Shown: piece after piece, positions 25,465 to 39,340 of the stretch | How positions within the stretch are numbered: position 1 is the stretch's first letter | Layout: each line of letters begins with the position of its first letter | Assembly: GCA_964016885.1 (NCBI GenBank) | Contig: OZ024741.1 | Span: forward strand, 264,306,001-264,370,000 | DNA length: 64,000 nucleotides | Reading direction: 5' to 3' | DNA from: Eledone cirrhosa | Lineage: Eukaryota | Position numbers and translations under genes: made by a program | The notes under the pieces: generated by a model | Seen by the model: only the letters and a program-made list of their open reading frames with translations | Told to the model about the DNA's origin: nothing | The model's database searches: none

Positions 25465-27960
25465 TTGATTCAAGTAAGTAGTTTATTGTTTAATTTAGTA
25501 ATATGGCTCAAGTGGTCTATTGCTCAATTTAGTACAATGTATGTTTCAAGTAAGTGGTCTATTGCTCAATTTAGTACTATGTATGTTTCAAGTAAGTGGT
25601 CTATTGCTCAATTTAGTACAATGTATGTTTCAAGTAAGTGGTCTATTGCTCAATTTAGTACTATGTATGGCTCAAGTAAGTGGTCTATTGCTCAATTTAG
25701 TACAATGTATGTTTCATGTAAGTGGTCCATTGCTCAATTTAGTACAATGTATGTTTCAAGTAAGTGGTCTATTGCTCAATTTAGTACAATGTATGTTTCA
25801 AGTAAGTGGACAATTGCTCAATTTAGTACTATGTATGTTTCAAGTAAGTGGTCTATTGCTCAATTTAGTACAATGTATGTTTCAAGTAAGTGGACAATTG
25901 CTCAATTTAGTACTGTTTCAAGTAAGTGGTCTGTTGCTCAATTTAGTACTATGTATGGCTCAAGTAAGTGGTCCATTGCTCAATTTAGTACAATGTATGT
26001 TTCAAGTAAGTGGACAATTGCTCAATTTAGTACTGTTTCAAGTAAGTGGTCTGTTGCTCAATTTAGTACAATGTATGGCTTCAAGTAAGTGGACAATTGC
26101 TCAATTTAGTACAATGTATGTTTCAAGTAATTGGACAATTGCTCAATTTAGTACAATGTATGTTTCAAGTAATTGGACAATTGCTCAATTTAGTACAATG
26201 TATGGCTTCAAGTAAGTGGTCTGTTGCTCAATTTAGTACTATGTATGGCTCAAGTAAGTGGTCTATTGCTCAATCTAGTACAATGTATGGCTCAAGTAAG
26301 TGGTCTATTGCTCAATTTAGTACAATGTATGTTTCATGTAAGTGGTCCATTGCTCAATTTAGTACAATGTATGTTTCAAGTAAGTGGTCCATTGCTCAAT
26401 TTAGTACAATGTATGTTTCAAGTAAGTGTTCTATTGCTCAATTTAGTACAATGTATGTTTCAAGTAAGTGGTCTATTGCTCAATTTAGTACTATGTATGG
26501 CTCAAGTAAGTGGTCCATTGCTCAATTTAGTACTATGTATGGCTCAAGTAAGTGGTATATTGCTCAATTTAGTACTATGTATGTTTCAAGTAAGTGGTCT
26601 ATTGCTCAATTTAGTACAATGTATGTTTCAAGTAAGTGGTCTATTGCTCAATTTAGTACTATGTTTCAAGTAAGTGGTCTATTGCTCAATTCAGTACAAT
26701 GTATGTTTCAAGTAAGTGGACAATTGCTCAATTTAGTACTGTTTCAAGTAAGTGGTCTGTTGCTCAATTTAGTACTATGTATGGCTCAAGTAAGTGGTCC
26801 ATTGCTCAATTTAGTACAATGTATGTTTCAAGTAAGTGGACAATTGCTCAATTTAGTACTGTTTCAAGTAAGTGGTCTGTTGCTCAATTTAGTACAATGT
26901 ATGGCTTCAAGTAAGTGGACAATTGCTCAATTTAGTACTGTTTCAAGTAAGTGGTCCATTGCTCAATTTAGTACAATGTATGTTTCAAGTAAGTGGACAA
27001 TTGCTCAATTTAGTACTATGTATGGCTCAAGTAAGTGGTCTGTTGCTCAATTTAGTACTATATATGGCTCAAGTAAGTGGTCCATTGCTCAATTTAGTAC
27101 TGTTTCAAGTAAGTGGTCCATTGCTCAATTTAGTACTGTTTCAAGTAAGTGGTCCATTGCTCAATTTAGTACAATGTATGTTTCAAGTAAGTGGACAATT
27201 GCTCAATTTAGTACTGTTTCAAGTAAGTGGACAATTGCTCAATTTAGTACTGTTTCAAGTAAGTGGTCCATTGCTCAATTTAGTACAATGTATGTTTCAA
27301 GTAAGTGGACAATTGCTCAATTTAGTACAATGTATGTTTCAAGTAAGTGGTCTGTTGCTCAATTTAGTACTATGTATGGCTCAAGTAAGTGGTCCATTGC
27401 TCAATTTAGTACAATGTATGTTTCAAGTAATTGGACAATTGCTCAATTTAGTTCTATGTATGGCTTCAAGTAAGTGGTCCATTGCTCAATTTAGTACTAT
27501 GTATGGCTCAAGTAAGTGGTATATTGCTCAATTTAGTACTATGTATGGCTCAAGTAAGTGTTGTATTGCTCAATTTAGTACAATGTATGTTTCAAGTAAG
27601 TGTTCTATTGCTCAATTTAGTACAATGTATGTTTCAAGTAAGTGGTCTATTGCTCAATTTAGTACAATGTATGTTTCAAGTAAGTGGTCTATTGCTCAAT
27701 TTAGTACAATGTATGTTTCAAGTAAGTGGTCTATTGCTCAATTTAGTACAATGTATGTTTCAAGTAAGTGGTCTATTGCTGAATTTAGTACTATGTATGG
27801 CTCAAGTAAGTGGTCCATTGCTCAATTTAGTACTATGTATGGCTCAAGTAAGTGGTCCATTGCTCAATTTAGTACTATGTATGGCTCAAGTAAGTGGTCC
27901 ATTGCTCAATTTAGTACAATGTATGTTTCAAGTAAGTGGTCCATTGCTCAATTTAGTACA
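25465..27960. repeat. Tandem satellite, 42-bp unit, about 60 copies
   Basis: Consensus AAGTAAGTGGTCTATTGCTCAATTTAGTACAATGTATGTTTC, with 36-bp and 43-bp variants. Confidence 0.97.
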
Positions 27961-28964
27961 AGGTTTGATTACTGAAGTGGTAGAAACGATAAAACAACAG
28001 TAATTAATCTCGTTCGAATTGTAATAAAGTCGACATGAACGATAATATTTGCACCAAGACGAGATTTCTGCGGTTGATAACCAACTTCAACATCGATAGA
28101 TCAATGTTTGCGGGAATAAAATGTAAGACTAGAGATAATTTCAGAATTACAGTTTTGAGAGAGGATCTTTTAGCAAAAATAGAAATAAATGTGTATGGTT
28201 TGGGAAATAAGATCAGTAACGATGAGACGATGAGGAAGTAGAGAAGAAGAGAGACGGATGGGAAGACTACCCTATGATTGCTATAGTGTTCGGATGGGGG
28301 ATACTGCAGGGGAACAGACGCCATCGTAGTGGTAGTGATAGAAAAAGCAAAAACAGAATACCGGAGATCAGAATCAATAGAGCGTCGATGAAAATACTAT
28401 GCTGAATTTCTTTGAAATCCTGCTGATGTCATCTTTGCCTTTTATCATTCTAAGATCGATAAATAAGTACCAGCCACGTACTTATTTCATCTATCCTAAC
28501 ATTTGCGACTTGAATCATGGAAGAAATCAATATTCTTCTGCTCAAATGCATCAGTGATTACTAATTATATGTGTATTTAGAATATGTGTGTGTCTGTTGA
28601 TGTGTATTTGTGTATGTGCGTTGGTGTGTGCGTGTTTGTATGTGTGCGTGTTTGTGTGTGTGTGTTAATGTGGATGTTATAATGTGTATGTTAGTGTGAT
28701 TATATTCTTGTCTGCATATTTGTTGTGATCTGTTCATAGTGATGTCAATTTTTTCACAATGAACCCCAATAAAACAGGAAATAAAATGGAGCCCTGTAAA
28801 ATGGGAATTTCAAACACACTATGAAATACGAAATCTTGTTCAAAGAGTTATAATCACATAGATACTCGACACAATTCACCAAACTAGTAACAATGGTTTC
28901 TGAGTTAGGCACAAGGGAAGCAATTTTGGGGCGAGTGGAAAATCGATGAAATCGACTCCAGAGC

Positions 28965-29090
28965 ATTACTGGTATTTATTCTATTGGCCCCGTAAGGGAT
29001 TTGAACTCAGAACGTAAAGGTACGTAGTTCTATGCCACAAAGCATGTTATCCGATTCTCTACCGATTACTGCCAACCCACCACTCTCGCC
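28965..29090 (-). mobile_element. SINE copy with internal deletion
   Basis: Reverse complement contains TGGCAGTAATCGGTAGAG, TTCTGAGTTCAAATCCC and CCTTACGGGG..AATACCAGTAATGC. Confidence 0.7.
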
Positions 29091-29667
29091 TAACTAGTTA
29101 TAATGACTCACAGAAGCATATCTAAATATTATTAACAAAACCACTAGAGCACCGTTTCTATAACTTGTTTACTCAACAATCTACATCCCTATGTATATAT
29201 ACATGCATATATACGCAAGTGTGCACATCATTAATGTGCTTGTGTGTATTTTTTTATGTAAACATCCGCGATGGTGAAGGAAATTAATACCGTGAATGAA
29301 AGAACGTGGAAATGTCATTATCACAGCGATATATATCGGAAGCATTTTCGCCCATATCAAATGTGGTGTGTTTCTGTTGTAAATGTGTTAAATCAGCGAT
29401 ATGGAATAGAAAATTTGAAGAACTGTTTGTTATTGTCTAGATTATAATACAAGAAGTGGAAGGAGGAGTTTTCATGTATGCTGAGCCAAAACAATCAAAC
29501 AATCTTTTGAATAGCACATCTTGTCTTTAGGTTTTGTACAAAATCTGATGAGAAATCAAAGTTCCCAATGGCTGAGTGAATAAAGTAGTCATTAGGACAG
29601 CTGAAAATTGAGAGTTCTTATACCATCGTAATTATTTTCAATTATATTCTATGTGTTTATTATTTTA

Positions 29668-29890
29668 GGGCGGTGGATTGGTAGTATCGGTAGAGCGTCG
29701 GACACCATGCTTTGCAGCATAGAGTTACGGCCCTTTATGATCTGAGTTCAAATCCCGCCGAGGCTAACTTTGACTTTCATCCTTACGGGGTCGATAAAAT
29801 AAAGCATCAATAACGCACTGGAGTCGATTTAATCGACTTTCCCCTCCCCCAAAATTGCTGGCCTTGTGCCTATACAAGAAACCATTATTT
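29668..29890 (+). mobile_element. Full-length tRNA-derived SINE with 11-bp TSD
   Basis: A and B boxes, same core as 428-620; TSD ATTATTTTAGG at 29659-29669 and 29884-29894. Confidence 0.9.
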
Positions 29891-30201
29891 TAGGTACAAC
29901 AAAGTGTATATTAGATATAAAGAAACATATACACAGCCGATCTCTCGGACTTTTAAGAAGTGCTGGCAGGATAAAATTAATATAAAAAGTTGTGTGCTCA
30001 TGCACAGAGATGCTATAAAATAGCTTATAAAATAGGTTGAAGACTTTTGGTGATGGAAAAAGAAGTTTCCATCGGCTGCATCTGATATTTTAAATGTAGC
30101 TTTACCTACATTAGATTTTAAGTCCCGCTGCGAAATGCAAACACATTTTATCTCTTTTTCAGCTACGAATGATGATACTGAGCAAGAAGAAAACTATTTA
30201 C

Positions 30202-30300
30202 CTACTGTTTTCCACAATTTGTTCCAGTTCGTCTCCCTCGCCGTCCTTCGAAGTAATGTCATCTTCATCCAGTTGGCCAGGGCCATGAGGCGGACTATCC
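30202..30300 (-). other. Possible isolated exon
   Basis: GC-richer island in apparently unique DNA; open frames DSPPHGPGQLDEDDITSKDGEGDELEQIVENS or MALANWMKMTLLRRTARETNWNKLWKTV end at AG/GTAAAT; the acceptor is weak. Confidence 0.2.
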
Positions 30301-31366
30301 CTTAAGTTTCATTTATGGTGGTGGCATGTGGAATATATTTACTTCTATAAATATGAGTTGGTAAAAATACCTTAAGTCTTATGTATTTATTATCTTCGAT
30401 AACAAAGAACGAACCACACTGTATCTTATACTTACAGATATCTTACAGATTTTTGTGTCAGTCTGTGTCTTAATATTTACATATTAATTTAGGTGCCTTA
30501 CAAGTTGTTTCAATCTATTCTTGCAAGACTGGTGATTTGTTTTTAAAGGAGTAATATCTTACAGGCTAGGAGATCGTATATAAGCTGCTTGTTAAGGGTT
30601 TAAGTAATAGTTTGGAAAAGTAGGGGATTTTCAGACAGAGAGAGAGTTATCATTTTACATGTATATTGTAAATTCAATATGAAAGGAAGATGGAAAATTT
30701 TAAAGATTATCCTAAAATTCAAAAGGAAACTATGTACCATTGTTGTTATTTTTGATCTTTTTTTTTATTGTAATTTCGAATATGGAGCTTTGTTTCTTAA
30801 TAGGAAATTTTAGAAAATTTAAAGAACACACACACAAGCGCACCCCCCCCCCCCATATATATATATATATATAGGGACATATATATTTATATATATGTCC
30901 CTAAAACAATTTTGTTCTATGTGAAAAAACACACCTACCACCACCGCTGCTGCTACTTTATTACTACACCTATCTCTTTATACACAAGAGTTCATTTTCC
31001 AGTCTCCTTCTCAACAAGGAAGATGAAAAAAACTTACCTCAACATTTAATTTTAAATCTTTAATTTTTAGTTTTTAATTGTTATTAATCCTCTTTAATTG
31101 TAATAATCAACATTTGATAAGATGAATTTTACTAATACATCGAAACCGGTTAAACTTTATATACTTTATATACATTATAAAACTCTTTTAAAAAAGAATT
31201 GTCAGTCTCATTATTTCAATAATGTCACTTTGACGAATCACAGAACGGAAATAAAATAGAAAAACAAACCCTTAAATATATTTTCTATCTCTGCTATTTC
31301 CAATCTCACCTTTTCTCTATAAGAGAGGTGAGATTGGAAATAGCAGAGATAGAAAATATATTTAAA

Positions 31367-31422
<56 letters not shown>

Positions 31423-31712
31423 AATTTTAGTACAGCATCAACGAAGCTTTTGGCAGCAGCCAAGCTAACGAATGCACTCAATGGAGAATAAGCACTCAAT
31501 GGAGAATATTACACCAGAGTTATAACATTACGTTTAGACAGCTTTGCAAATCAAATACAGCGACCGATAGTCGGGCCGCATTGCCTAGCGACAAAAAAAC
31601 TGAACTCAGGAAATATATATATATATGCAAAGTTTTATTTAAATTGTTGGGTTACAACGAGTAAATATTTATAACTGATATAAAAGCACTCAACAAGTAT
31701 TTGGAGTATATT

Positions 31713-32082
31713 TACGATATTAAATAAATGGAAACTATATTTATAAAACCATATTTATTTCATTATATATATTTCAGGGATATCATATTAAAAATATGGT
31801 ATGCCTTCTTCAGACAAAATACAATATAAACAGTCTTATAAATAGATAGATTTGACATACCTTTCAACTTCAACTTCCATTTAAAAAGTTGATTTGGTAG
31901 TCAAATCAACTTTTTAAATGGAAGTTGAAGTTGAAAGGTATGTCAAATCTATCTATTTATAAGACTGTTTATATTGTATTTTGTCTGAAGAAGGCATACC
32001 ATATTTTTAATATGATATCCCTGAAATATATATAATGAAATAAATATGGTTTTATAAATATAGTTTCCATTTATTTAATATC

Positions 32083-32085
<3 letters not shown>
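31713..32085. repeat. Perfect fold-back palindrome (184-bp arms) with hammerhead-like core
   Basis: Loop GTAGT at 31897-31901; CTGAAGA...GAAA-TATA-TA at 31985-32032; abuts (TA)n. Confidence 0.9.
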
Positions 32086-32147
<62 letters not shown>

Positions 32148-32654
32148 CTCTTCTACGGCTTCGATATAAATACCCCCTCCACCTCCGTGGTATTTTCTTC
32201 GGGGTTATTAGAGGCTTAGCTCTGTTTCTCGACCGTTATACCGTGTGACTATCTCCCCCTCCGCCTTTTGGGATTCTTTCTCACGTCGTGTAGACGCGTT
32301 CTTGAAGCTAGTAAAATGAGGTATCCTCTTGATAAGTCGGCAGACCTCGCAACGACTCTATATCTTTATGATGTATTGTTTTTGTTTATGCCACGAAACT
32401 ACGTAGTCGAGGAATCTAGGAACAGTTTAGGTATGATACATTTTATTACTAATTATATCTAAATGTTTCTTCTCTCTTCATAATGTATTTTTAACTCTGA
32501 TACTGGTCCAGTCTAGTTCAACCGGATTGGTCTGTCCCATTCATTCATTGAGGAACATCGATGAGGTTGGCACCATTAACTCACGGTTGGGTGTGGATGC
32601 ATTCATGTATATGTGTGTGTCCGCATGTATCTATGTGTTTCTAAATATATTGTT

Positions 32655-32685
<31 letters not shown>

Positions 32686-32819
32686 TTATTAAAATAACAG
32701 ATTAAAGTTTAAGCAAAGAATCGGTGCTTTCACCCTTAACGGGATCTTCAGAATATATTTGATATATATTTATCCTTATCGAGCCCTCTTTGGATTTTAG
32801 TCTTCAAATGTATTATTAT

Positions 32820-32925
<106 letters not shown>

Positions 32926-33482
32926 TTATATATATATATGTGTATATATATATATCTATATATTAATTTAAACAATGTCAGTATTCCGTCATAATTCTCG
33001 ATTTTCATTGGTTCATAGGTTTCAAACGACTCCGCCCACCTCAACGACGCCAAACTTAAATTAATATGCATAATGCCAATGAGGGAGTGAGAGAGGAGAG
33101 AGAGGCAAAGTGAACGCTGTCTTTGAACACACTATGTATATGTGTCAGTGTAGAGACATGTGTGGAAATAAGAGGGGAAGGAAAGCAATAACTATTAACA
33201 TGTGTGCGTGTGTATGTACGTGCGCGTATGTTTATGTGTGTGCGTGCGTGCAGCGTTCCACAGAAAGTAAAAACTATCAACATGTGTGAGTGTGTACGTG
33301 TGTGTAAGTTTGCGTGCGTGTGCGCGTTTCCATGCGTGTATGTGTGTGTACGTGCGGCATCCCACAATCGCCACGCAGTTTATCTGTCTGTGTGCCTGTC
33401 TGTCAGTCTAACATACACAGAGTTGTGAACGGAGTAAATAGGGACCTTTTTTTACATTGACAGACATCTTTTATTTTAATTA

Positions 33483-33840
33483 TCTATATCTATATCTACA
33501 TATAATATAAAAGATTGGAACTTCCATCATTCTTTTGAGAAACGTGGAACAACCACGTCTATGCAATGATGCACGTTTTACAGTCAGGCAGAAGATGAAC
33601 CATCTATTAGAGGTCACTATTCTAGGTGGGAGCACCTAGAATTGTTCATATACTATGCACAAATGGTACAACGAAGAATCTGGTATATCTGGAAGATTTC
33701 TTTTACTGTTTTTTGTATCACACAGACACCACGGACTCGCCTCATACTGTAACTAGACAAACATCCAATACAGTCATTTTCTCTTTTATCTGTTTTCTCT
33801 TATCATCTTTTTACCTGGGCGAAGCTGGGTACGTCAGCTA

Positions 33841-33841
<1 letters not shown>
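33483..33841 (+). mobile_element. Non-autonomous Helitron
   Basis: 5' TCTATATC..ATAATATAAAAG; 3' hairpin ACCTGG-gcgaag-CTGGGT then CAGCTAG and T. Confidence 0.65.
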
Positions 33842-33934
<93 letters not shown>

Positions 33935-34102
33935 TTGAAAAGGGAAGGAAGGTTCTATACAAAACAGTGGTTATAGAGAAAAGGTGAGAGAGATTGGAAA
34001 TACGAGTGATAGAAAATATATTTAAGGGTTTTTTAATGCTTTTTTTTCCTTTCTTTGATTCGTCAAAGTGACATTATTGAAAAAATGAGAGAGACAATTC
34101 TT

Positions 34103-34193
<91 letters not shown>

Positions 34194-34200
<7 letters not shown>

Positions 34201-35491
34201 TACAAATATTAATAAAATAGATGTTCTTTTGACCAATTACATTTTATTATACATATTTCGGATGTACAACAGTACGTCCTCATCAGACAAAATATAATGA
34301 TACATGACATACCCTGAGATGTTAAATGGTTAAGATTTAATCAAGGTAGTGATTGCTTTTAAGTATTGCTTTTCTTGTATATATATATATATATGTATTT
34401 AACTATAACACGTTCGAACCTTATTATATAAAATTATAACCGTTATCATTTGCCTAAAGTATACTGTATCAATAATACCTAATTTATATCTATATATACC
34501 TCCCTGTATCTTTCTATACATAATTTTTAGTTAACTTCTAAATTTCTTGATTATTATTTGTTTCGAACTATGAATAATTAATGCATTTACACCCTGTTAT
34601 ATATAGGTATATATTTAACTTTAGCATGCCTCAATCTATTTTTTTTTTTTCGTTATCATTTACCTAAAATATAACTGGCTCATTAATAAATATCTATATA
34701 CATAATCGTTATTTAAATATTTCTAACAATAAGTACTTCATAAGATTCACATACCATATATGTTGACAATGATTATCTTCGGTAAAGTTTACATTTAGGA
34801 AAATATTCAACAGTGTAAACTTTCCTTTCCGCTGGCCAGCTAAATCCTCATAAAATTCAGAAGTTTAGAAATGTTAAAACACTTATAGAATTTACAAAAC
34901 TAATAAATATAAATAACCAGCAATTAAAAAAAAAAAATCTAAAATCTTGATTCTTCACCCTAAAATAGCATAAATTAAATATTTTCAAACTTAACCGTTT
35001 AACTTTCGGAAAATCTCCTTCTACATATATTACCACTTATCTTTCCCTCTCTATATATTCTATTCCAGTGGCTCTCATTGACTGTTTTCCCAGATAAATA
35101 GTAGTATCATACATTTAAAAATCTCTATAACTGTTACATTAGGCAACGTTTTTCTTACTCACACATTCTCTATTGAATTTATTACGTTTTCGCATTTTAT
35201 CATTATTAGGGTATAAATATTAAACTTTCTCTTAGGTTAATCACTACCTTGATTAAATCTTAACCATTTAACATCTCAGGGTATGTCATGTATCATTATA
35301 TTTTGTCTGATGAGGACGTACTGTTGTACATCCGAAATATGTATAATAAAATGTAATTGATCAAAAGAACATCTATTTTATTAATATTTGTATTTTAATA
35401 TTAATAACTCTGGAAAATTATTTTCCATAGAGTGCTTCCAATCTACTGTAAAACTCATTCTTTGATGTACTCATTGAATCTTGTTTAACTC

Positions 35492-35495
<4 letters not shown>
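34194..35495. mobile_element. PLE-like 3' UTR with inverted terminal copy and hammerhead
   Basis: 34194-34353 is the reverse complement of 35239-35400; CTGATGA-GGACGTAC-tgtt-GTACATCC-GAAA-TATG-TA at 35307-35343; (TA)n on both sides. Confidence 0.7.
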
Positions 35496-35556
<61 letters not shown>

Positions 35557-35562
<6 letters not shown>

Positions 35563-36143
35563 AAAATGGGGAGAGAAATACTGCTGGTAGCACATGGATA
35601 ACATGTAATAAAATAAGTCCCTCATCAGTGATTTGCCGACGATCATAGATATTTCATTGCATTAAAAATCATATACCTCACGTCGGTGCAATAATAACTA
35701 AATTAAGTTATTAGGACAATTAAAACGCGTAAAGCGAGTGAGACAGGAAAACAACAAAGAGTAGAGCTAACCGTAGAAGGAAGGAAACAAGCTTCATAAT
35801 TATTCTGTTAGCATAAGCTAGGTGAATATATGAGCGCTTAGAAAAAAGACCTTTCGCGAACGAATGCAATGTGAGAAAGAGAGAAATTGCTTTCGTTGCG
35901 AACGGGGTGAAGTGAGGAGAGGAGAAACAGTGAGTGAGTGAGTGGAAGTGTGAGGAAGAGTTAACTGACATGACAGAGGGGGCGAAAGAAAGTAGGAGAA
36001 ACAGAGAGAATGAGGGAGCAGTAAGAGAGAGAGAGAGAGAAAAAAACAGAATCGCAGTTTAGGTAAATATATGTGATAAAATGGGGAGAGAAATACTGCT
36101 GGTAGCACATGGATAACATGTAATAAAATAAGTCCCTCATCAG
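35557..36143. mobile_element. Terminally redundant non-coding unit (period 515 bp), family D
   Basis: ATAAAATGGGGAGAG at 35561 and 36076; (TA)n on both sides; homologous to 42126-42810 and to the reverse complement of 61735-61830. Confidence 0.7.
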
Positions 36144-36176
<33 letters not shown>

Positions 36177-36413
36177 TTATTAAAATAACAGATTAAAGTT
36201 TAAGCAAAGAATCGGTGCTTTCACCCTTAACGGGATCTTCTGAAACTAACAAAGTCTGTAAACGCAGAACTGGATATTTCAAAAAACGTCTCTACGGTTC
36301 TTATATATTTGATATATATTTATCCTTATCGAGCCCTCTTTGGATTTTAGTCTTCAAATTTATTATTATTACTATATATATATATATATATATTTATTAA
36401 AATAACAGATTAT

Positions 36414-36446
<33 letters not shown>

Positions 36447-36451
<5 letters not shown>

Positions 36452-37447
36452 TCGCGTATAGGTCGCACTTTTGATCACACTGACCAATGATTTTTCAACG
36501 ATGGGTATTTATAAAAATAACTTTGTTAATATTTCGTAGTGTTTACGTTTTTTTCTATCTGACCGAACCATCCGTCATTAAAATCCATAGAAATGCATAC
36601 CCGGTATTTAAAATGTGATTTCATTGTCTTAGCGTTGCTATGAACACGTATTGTGACGTATTTACTTTAACAGGAAACAGATTATTGCATGTGGTGAATT
36701 AATTAAAAATGCAGTACAAGGTCTTTCTCTACATTCCAGGCAAATATTTTCATTGAAAAAATGTATAAAACCTTTTCACCAGTCAAAATAATATTTGCAA
36801 TGTACTCTTACAAAATGTACGGTGTAAATTTACGTAACAGAATGTTTCCAATATATAAGTTCATTAACAGGTATGAACATGTATTAGTGTTGTATCTTTC
36901 AACCACGTTGCTGTAATATTTTCAATGGTGTCCGTCAGATCTTCGCTTTCACTTTCAAAGTAACTATCATCGTCAGAAATAAATACGTCTTATTCATTTG
37001 AAGATAAATCACTAATATTATCTTGTGTTTTTTTTTCATTTCGAATGTCGTCGCATGTAAAACCTTCAAAGTCGGTATTCGCTACTTTGGGAAGCCATGT
37101 TGATACACAAAAATCTGTTATACTTTCAACGTTAAAAAACACGTGTTATTTCAAGTTGTTTCACTATATTAAAAGTTAATTTTCGTGCTTAAAGGCTTTA
37201 TCTCGCAGTAATCTCGAATTGACGAGATTTCGATGACGTAATGTTTATTTTATAAATAAAACATGGTTTGGAGTATATATCGCAACGGCGAAGTAATGGA
37301 AAGCTAACAGATTATTAGTTTCAATTATCATAAAAAATAGTAGTTTGACGGCCCAAATTTCAGTGCGAGTCAATGGCAAATAGCCTATTTGTTAAATGAA
37401 AAGTGGGTATGCGACCTATCTGTCGGGGCGACCTATACGCGAGTATA
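36447..37447. mobile_element. Non-autonomous pogo/Tc2-like DNA transposon
   Basis: TIRs TATACTCGCGTATAGGTCGC / GCGACCTATACGCGAGTATA in (TA)n; extra subterminal GCGACCTAT at 37411. Confidence 0.7.
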
Positions 37448-37460
37448 TATATATATATAC

Positions 37461-37500
<40 letters not shown>

Positions 37501-38129
37501 AGTTCCACAACAAATTAGCAAACCATACTTGAGAACACGCGTTTCACTCGAAGAATTCTTCAACTCGTGTATGGTTATAGTGAGAACGAAAGTATTTATG
37601 AGCTGGCTGGATTCTGTGAGAAAGATTTCGATACTTGAATGACAAGGAAGACAACTGAGTATGACTCTTGTAGAGGGGTCAACTTTTGAAGAACGAGCCC
37701 TTGTGATAGTTCAGTCCAGGTTAAACTTCTGGTTATCTTAGGGTCGTTTCGGAACTCCAGGGGGGGGGGCGTTTGGGAGCAAGGTCTTGTTAGGGGAGGC
37801 GTTTGGAGTTTGAGGGGGGCTAGGGGGCGCTGGAAGACTCTTTACTTTGGTAAGTTTTATAACCCATATTTGTATGTCTTTGAGACAGCCAGTGTGAATG
37901 CATTTGAATGAGCTTGCAGACAGCATAACGATAGTCTGACCGCAGCTGTGAGCAGGTGTGCAGGCGTGTCTAGACATTAACTGGTAATTGAGATCCTAAA
38001 AATGAAAAAACCCACAGTCATCTGGGTCAAGGACACTTTGAGCGCAGCCAGTTAGAATCTTATCTTTCCTTCACCGATAACAATGTATTTCATGTCTGAA
38101 ATTATTGACTCAACCGTAACGAGTTAACA

Positions 38130-38650
38130 CTATGTAGATCTATTCGTGCGGCCTCCAAACCCCACAGTGGTGCCTGGCTCCATGCTCTGCCCTCCTTCTC
38201 CACTGGCACGCAGCTAGACAACCATAGCCTGCGAATCGGCGTTTCCCTGAGGCTCGGCCTCCGGATCTGCCAGCCACACCAATGTGGCTGCGGTTCCACC
38301 GGAGACTCTTTCGGCCTCCACCCGCTTTCCTGTCGCCACAGTGCCGGCCGGATTCCACGCTATACTACCTTCAACGAGGTCATTAAGCATGGCTTGGACG
38401 CTGCAGGCTTCCCTTCCCAGCTCCAGCCTGTGGGGCTGGATCGAGGGGACGGCAAAAGGCCAGATGGCATGACCATCTTCCCGTTCCGCGGTGGCAAACC
38501 CCTCGTCTGGGATGCCACTTGCACCGACACTTTCTGCAGCCGCAACCTGGTGCAGTCTGCGACTGACCCAGGTTCTGCTGTACGTCGGGCTGAGGGGGCC
38601 AAACTCCTCAAATACCGGTTGCTCTCCGACAAGTTTGCGGTCGTTCCCCT
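38130..38650 (+). mobile_element. Fragment of an RLE-encoding non-LTR retrotransposon (CRE-like): zinc finger + PD-(D/E)xK endonuclease
   Basis: GAWLHALPS..GTQLDNHSLRIGVSLRLG..CQPHQCGCG..HPLSC.. and GLDRGDGKRPDGMTIFPF..GKPLVWDATCTDT. Confidence 0.78.
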
Positions 38651-38939
38651 GATAGGGCTACCTCCTTACTCACCACCATAGGCGCTGAGCTGGCCAGCCG
38701 TAGGTGTGATCCCCGCGAGTTGGAGTGGCTTTTCCAGCGCGCCTCCCTTGCCGTCCTCCGGGGAAACGCCTTCTCCATTCTGTCCGCCGAGATTGTGGGT
38801 GGGCCCCATCGCGTACCATTACATTAGTTAAATACCATTCTTTCATCTCAGGAGTTGAAAACATGTATGTATACATATATTTTATTCCCTATTGTATAAA
38901 TAATATTACAAATAAAAAAAAAGCGAAGAAAACACAGAA

Positions 38940-39330
38940 GCACACACATCTAGGACCACATACAACACATAAGCAGGTAATACACGCATCTAGGACCACA
39001 TGCAACACATAAGGAGGTAGCACACACACATCAAGGACCTCATAAAACACACAGGCAGGTAATACATACATCTAGGACCACATACAACACATAAGCAGGT
39101 AATACACACATCTAGGACCACATACAACACAATCAGGTAACACATACATCTAGGACCACATACAGCACATAAGGAGGTAATACACACATCTACGACCACA
39201 TACAATACACAATCAGGTAATACATACAGCTGGGACCACATGCAATACATAAGCAGGTAATATATACATCTAGGACTACATACAACACACAGGCAGGTAA
39301 TACATACATCTAGGACCACATACAATATAC
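38940..39330. repeat. Minisatellite, about 40-bp unit, about 10 copies
   Basis: Unit CATCTAGGACCACATACAACACATAAGCAGGTAATACACA (TAGGACC at 38951, 38991 and onward). Confidence 0.92.
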
Positions 39331-39340
39331 ATTGTATCAT

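Noticed and set aside
25465-28003. Long repetitive ORFs, or a CRISPR-like array
   Set aside because: Pure tandem satellite with no unique spacers, no cas genes and frame-shifting unit variants.
28004-28324. 106-aa ORF, or faint AP-endonuclease remnant (NIIVHVDF in another frame)
   Set aside because: Too degenerate to support by eye.
37737-37905. Repeat shared with 61165-61315
   Set aside because: The similarity is real, but no termini or coding signal allow classification.
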